DNA from: Camelus ferus | Lineage: Eukaryota | Assembly (NCBI RefSeq): GCF_009834535.1 | Contig: NC_045696.1 | Span: 66,836,001 to 66,900,000, forward strand | Length of the DNA stretch: 64,000 nucleotides | Direction of reading: 5' to 3' | Part shown: positions 61,637 to 64,000 of the stretch, one piece after another | Layout: each line of letters opens with the position of its first letter | Position numbering within the stretch: the stretch's first letter is position 1 | Position numbers and translations under genes: made by a program | The notes under the pieces: model-generated | The model's input: the letters and a program-made list of their open reading frames with translations, nothing else | Databases searched by the model: none | Told to the model about the DNA's origin: nothing

Positions 61637-62587
61637 GTAAATTAGTTTCCTTTTGCTGCTGTAACAAATTACCCCAAACTTGTGGCTTCAATCAACCTGT
61701 TACCAAAGGCAAGTTCATGTGCCTGCCTCACCATGAGGCCAAACAAACTGAAATGTCAGAGTCTGGAGCAGAGAAACTTTTATTGCAGGGCCAAGCAAGG
61801 AGGATGGGGTGGCTCATGCCCAGGAAAACCTCGACCTCCCCGGGGTGTTTCAGCAAAGCATATTTAAAGGGCAGGTGAGGGAGCGGGTTGCAGGGTACAC
61901 GATCAGCTTGTGCACAGTTCTCTGATTGGTTGATGTTGAGGTAACACGGAGGTCAACCCTATCAACCACCAGGTGCTAGAAGGTCAAGTAGTTAATTTCT
62001 TCCCTTTGGTGGTGGTTTAGGCATCTGAAAAACTCAGGAAATATACACGAGATACTATTATCTGAGTACTTCAGAGACGAGCTACAGCAGAGCATATAGG
62101 GGAGGGGTCTGACCCTGGAAGTCCCCACAAGTCCTGCTCATTTACAAACCCAGATTATTATCTCACAGTTCTGTAGGTCAGAAGGCTGATACAGATCTCA
62201 CTGGGCTGAAATCAAGGTGTTAGAAGGACTGCATTCCTTCCAGAGGCTGGAAAGGAAAATCTGTGTCCTTGCCTTTTCCAGCCTCTAGAGGCTGCCAGCC
62301 TTCCCTGGCTCATGGTCCCCTTCCATCTTCAAAATCTGTTGAGTCTTTTCTCACATGACATCACTCTGACTCTTTTTCTACCTGCCACTTCCACTTTTAA
62401 GGACTCTTGCCATTACGCTGGACCCACATGGATAATCCACAATAATCTACCTATCTCAAGGTCAGCTGATTAGCATCCTTATTTCCATCTGCAACCTAAT
62501 TACCCTTTGCTGTGTAAGATACCATTGTCACAAGCTTGGGACATTAACACACGGCTACCTTTAGAGATCACTATGCTGCCTGCCACA
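61637..62587 (-). mobile_element. MLT1D MaLR solo LTR split by an ERV1-type LTR
   Basis: attagtttccttttgctgctgtaacaaattacc...ctcactgggctgaaatcaaggtgtt...ctatgctgcctgccaca. Removing the insert restores a consensus-like junction. Confidence 0.9.
61698..62146 (-). mobile_element. ERV1-type solo LTR (449 bp)
   Basis: TG...CA termini, 4-bp TSD AACC (61694-61697 and 62147-62150); on the minus strand CCAAT, TTTAAATA and AATAAA occur in LTR order. Confidence 0.88.
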
Positions 62588-63179
62588 GCCTGCCCTGGTG
62601 GGTCAGCTACATACTGTGGTGGGCACACTGTAAAGCTCTATACAGAGCTCACAAAATGTTATGTTCTGTGGCAGAAATGGCATTGAACAGGGAAGAGCCT
62701 TGAATTTTAGACTTGGTTCTGCTAATGTGTTTGTGTGTGTGAGATTTGGGGCAAATCACTTGACCTCTCTGTGATTTAGATTTCTCAATTCTAAAGTAAA
62801 AGCACTGAGAGAGACAAGTCAGGATCAGGTCAAGACTCATCATGACCTTTGTTCTTAATTTAAAGGTGATGTAGAGCAAAATGGAACTTAAGGCATGCCT
62901 GTGTGAGGACACAGTGCTGTTGGGAAGGGACCTCCAGGCCTCCGGTGTGCTGTGCACACAACAGTAGAACTGAGCAAAACAATAAGGGGATGGATTTCAG
63001 AGTTCAGTTGGGTTAATTTTTAATTCTCAGTGTCAGTTTTGAATGGTAGATCAGAAGCTGTTATCCCTTCTTACCTTATGAGGAAATTTTGATTTAGATA
63101 GCTTAAGCGATTTCATAAAGGTCACATAATCAATGAGAGGTAGCATTAAGACCATGATCTAGATCTTTTGACAAGTCCT

Positions 63180-64000
63180 ATGGGCCTCCGGCTGACACAC
63201 TCCCTGCGTCTCTGCCACTTAAATGCACTCACAGCTTAGGAGCAGCACACAGAATTACAACACGTCATGATTTGGGCTGACTACAGTTGGTCATAAAGGT
63301 CTTTAGAACGGTACTCTTGTAAAAATTACAGGGGCTGGAGGCAGGGCTTTTTTCTTGACTATAACTGGTGGCCGCATTAGTCCCTGTTGATAAATTGTAC
63401 CTTTATATTTCTTTATGAACAAATTCTTCCAGCCCTCTGCCTTGCTTCATTGCAAGTGCTGATATAAACAACCTACAGGGAATGCAGCGTGTCGGCTCAC
63501 TCCTTTCAGTCAGACAAACTTAGTGATTACGGCGCTGGCTCAAATTCATGGATTAGCCTTATTAAAAACTGGCTTGCTCATTGAAGTGGATGGATCCATC
63601 CTTTATCTGACATCAGAAATTATATTATTGTATGTTATATCACTTTCCAAAGTTATGATATGCACATAAACAACACTCTGGGGACCTTTTTCATTTTTAT
63701 CCTGGGAGGAAAAAGAGCAGTTGGAAAAAGAGGAGCTGGAGTGAGTTTAATGAAGGGACTATTTGTCAAGGGAGAAGAGATACGGTGTGGCTTTTTGCAG
63801 CTAGTTAGCAGTGGCTAGAAATAGTTACAGTTCCTCAACTTGAAGGAGAGGGAGAGTAGAGAGCAGTTACTCGAACACAAGACATCCGGACCTGGGCTAA
63901 GGGCCCCTACAGGACCCTTTCGCAGAAAAGCCAGCGGAGGAGGCCAGGGAAACATACACCCACGTTCCCTCTTCTCCTGGTGCCCACTGGTTAAACCCCA
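63180..64000. promoter_or_regulatory. repeat-poor, CpG-retaining enhancer or promoter-flank-like sequence
   Basis: About 15 CpG; homeodomain/SOX-type motifs; GC content rises at the window edge. Confidence 0.3.

Noticed and set aside
1-64000. Treating the supplied six-frame ORFs as genes, or calling prokaryotic systems (operons, CRISPR arrays, defence islands)
   Set aside because: The DNA is mammalian and repeat-rich. The ORFs are short, often start at GTG/TTG, overlap on both strands and fall in repeats. I saw no regularly spaced direct-repeat array.

Overview
This window is AT-rich mammalian genomic DNA, not prokaryotic. It most likely comes from a camelid (camel, alpaca or llama). The basis is two tRNA-Ala-derived SINEs of the camelid Vic-1 type and cetartiodactyl-type young L1 3' ends, and I recognised no ruminant Bov-A/Bov-tA or pig PRE-1 SINEs. 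Most of the window is interspersed-repeat debris: MIR, L2, old and young L1, MaLR/ERVL/ERV1 solo LTRs, and hAT and Tigger MITEs, plus microsatellites and six short N-gaps. I recognised no known protein-coding gene. The supplied ORFs look like chance ORFs, gap artefacts or L1 ORF2 remnants. The best non-repeat signals are: a plus-strand exon/terminal-exon pair at 6.36-7.14 kb; a CpG-retaining promoter-like region at 8.3-9.65 kb with strong splice donors; repeat-poor enhancer-like blocks at 59-60.5 kb and 63.2-64 kb; and an ERV1-type solo LTR with intact CCAAT/TATA/polyA order nested in an MLT1D. I found no credible novel biological system. Repeat family names come from my recall of consensus sequences and need RepeatMasker/Dfam confirmation. 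Old-repeat boundaries are approximate.
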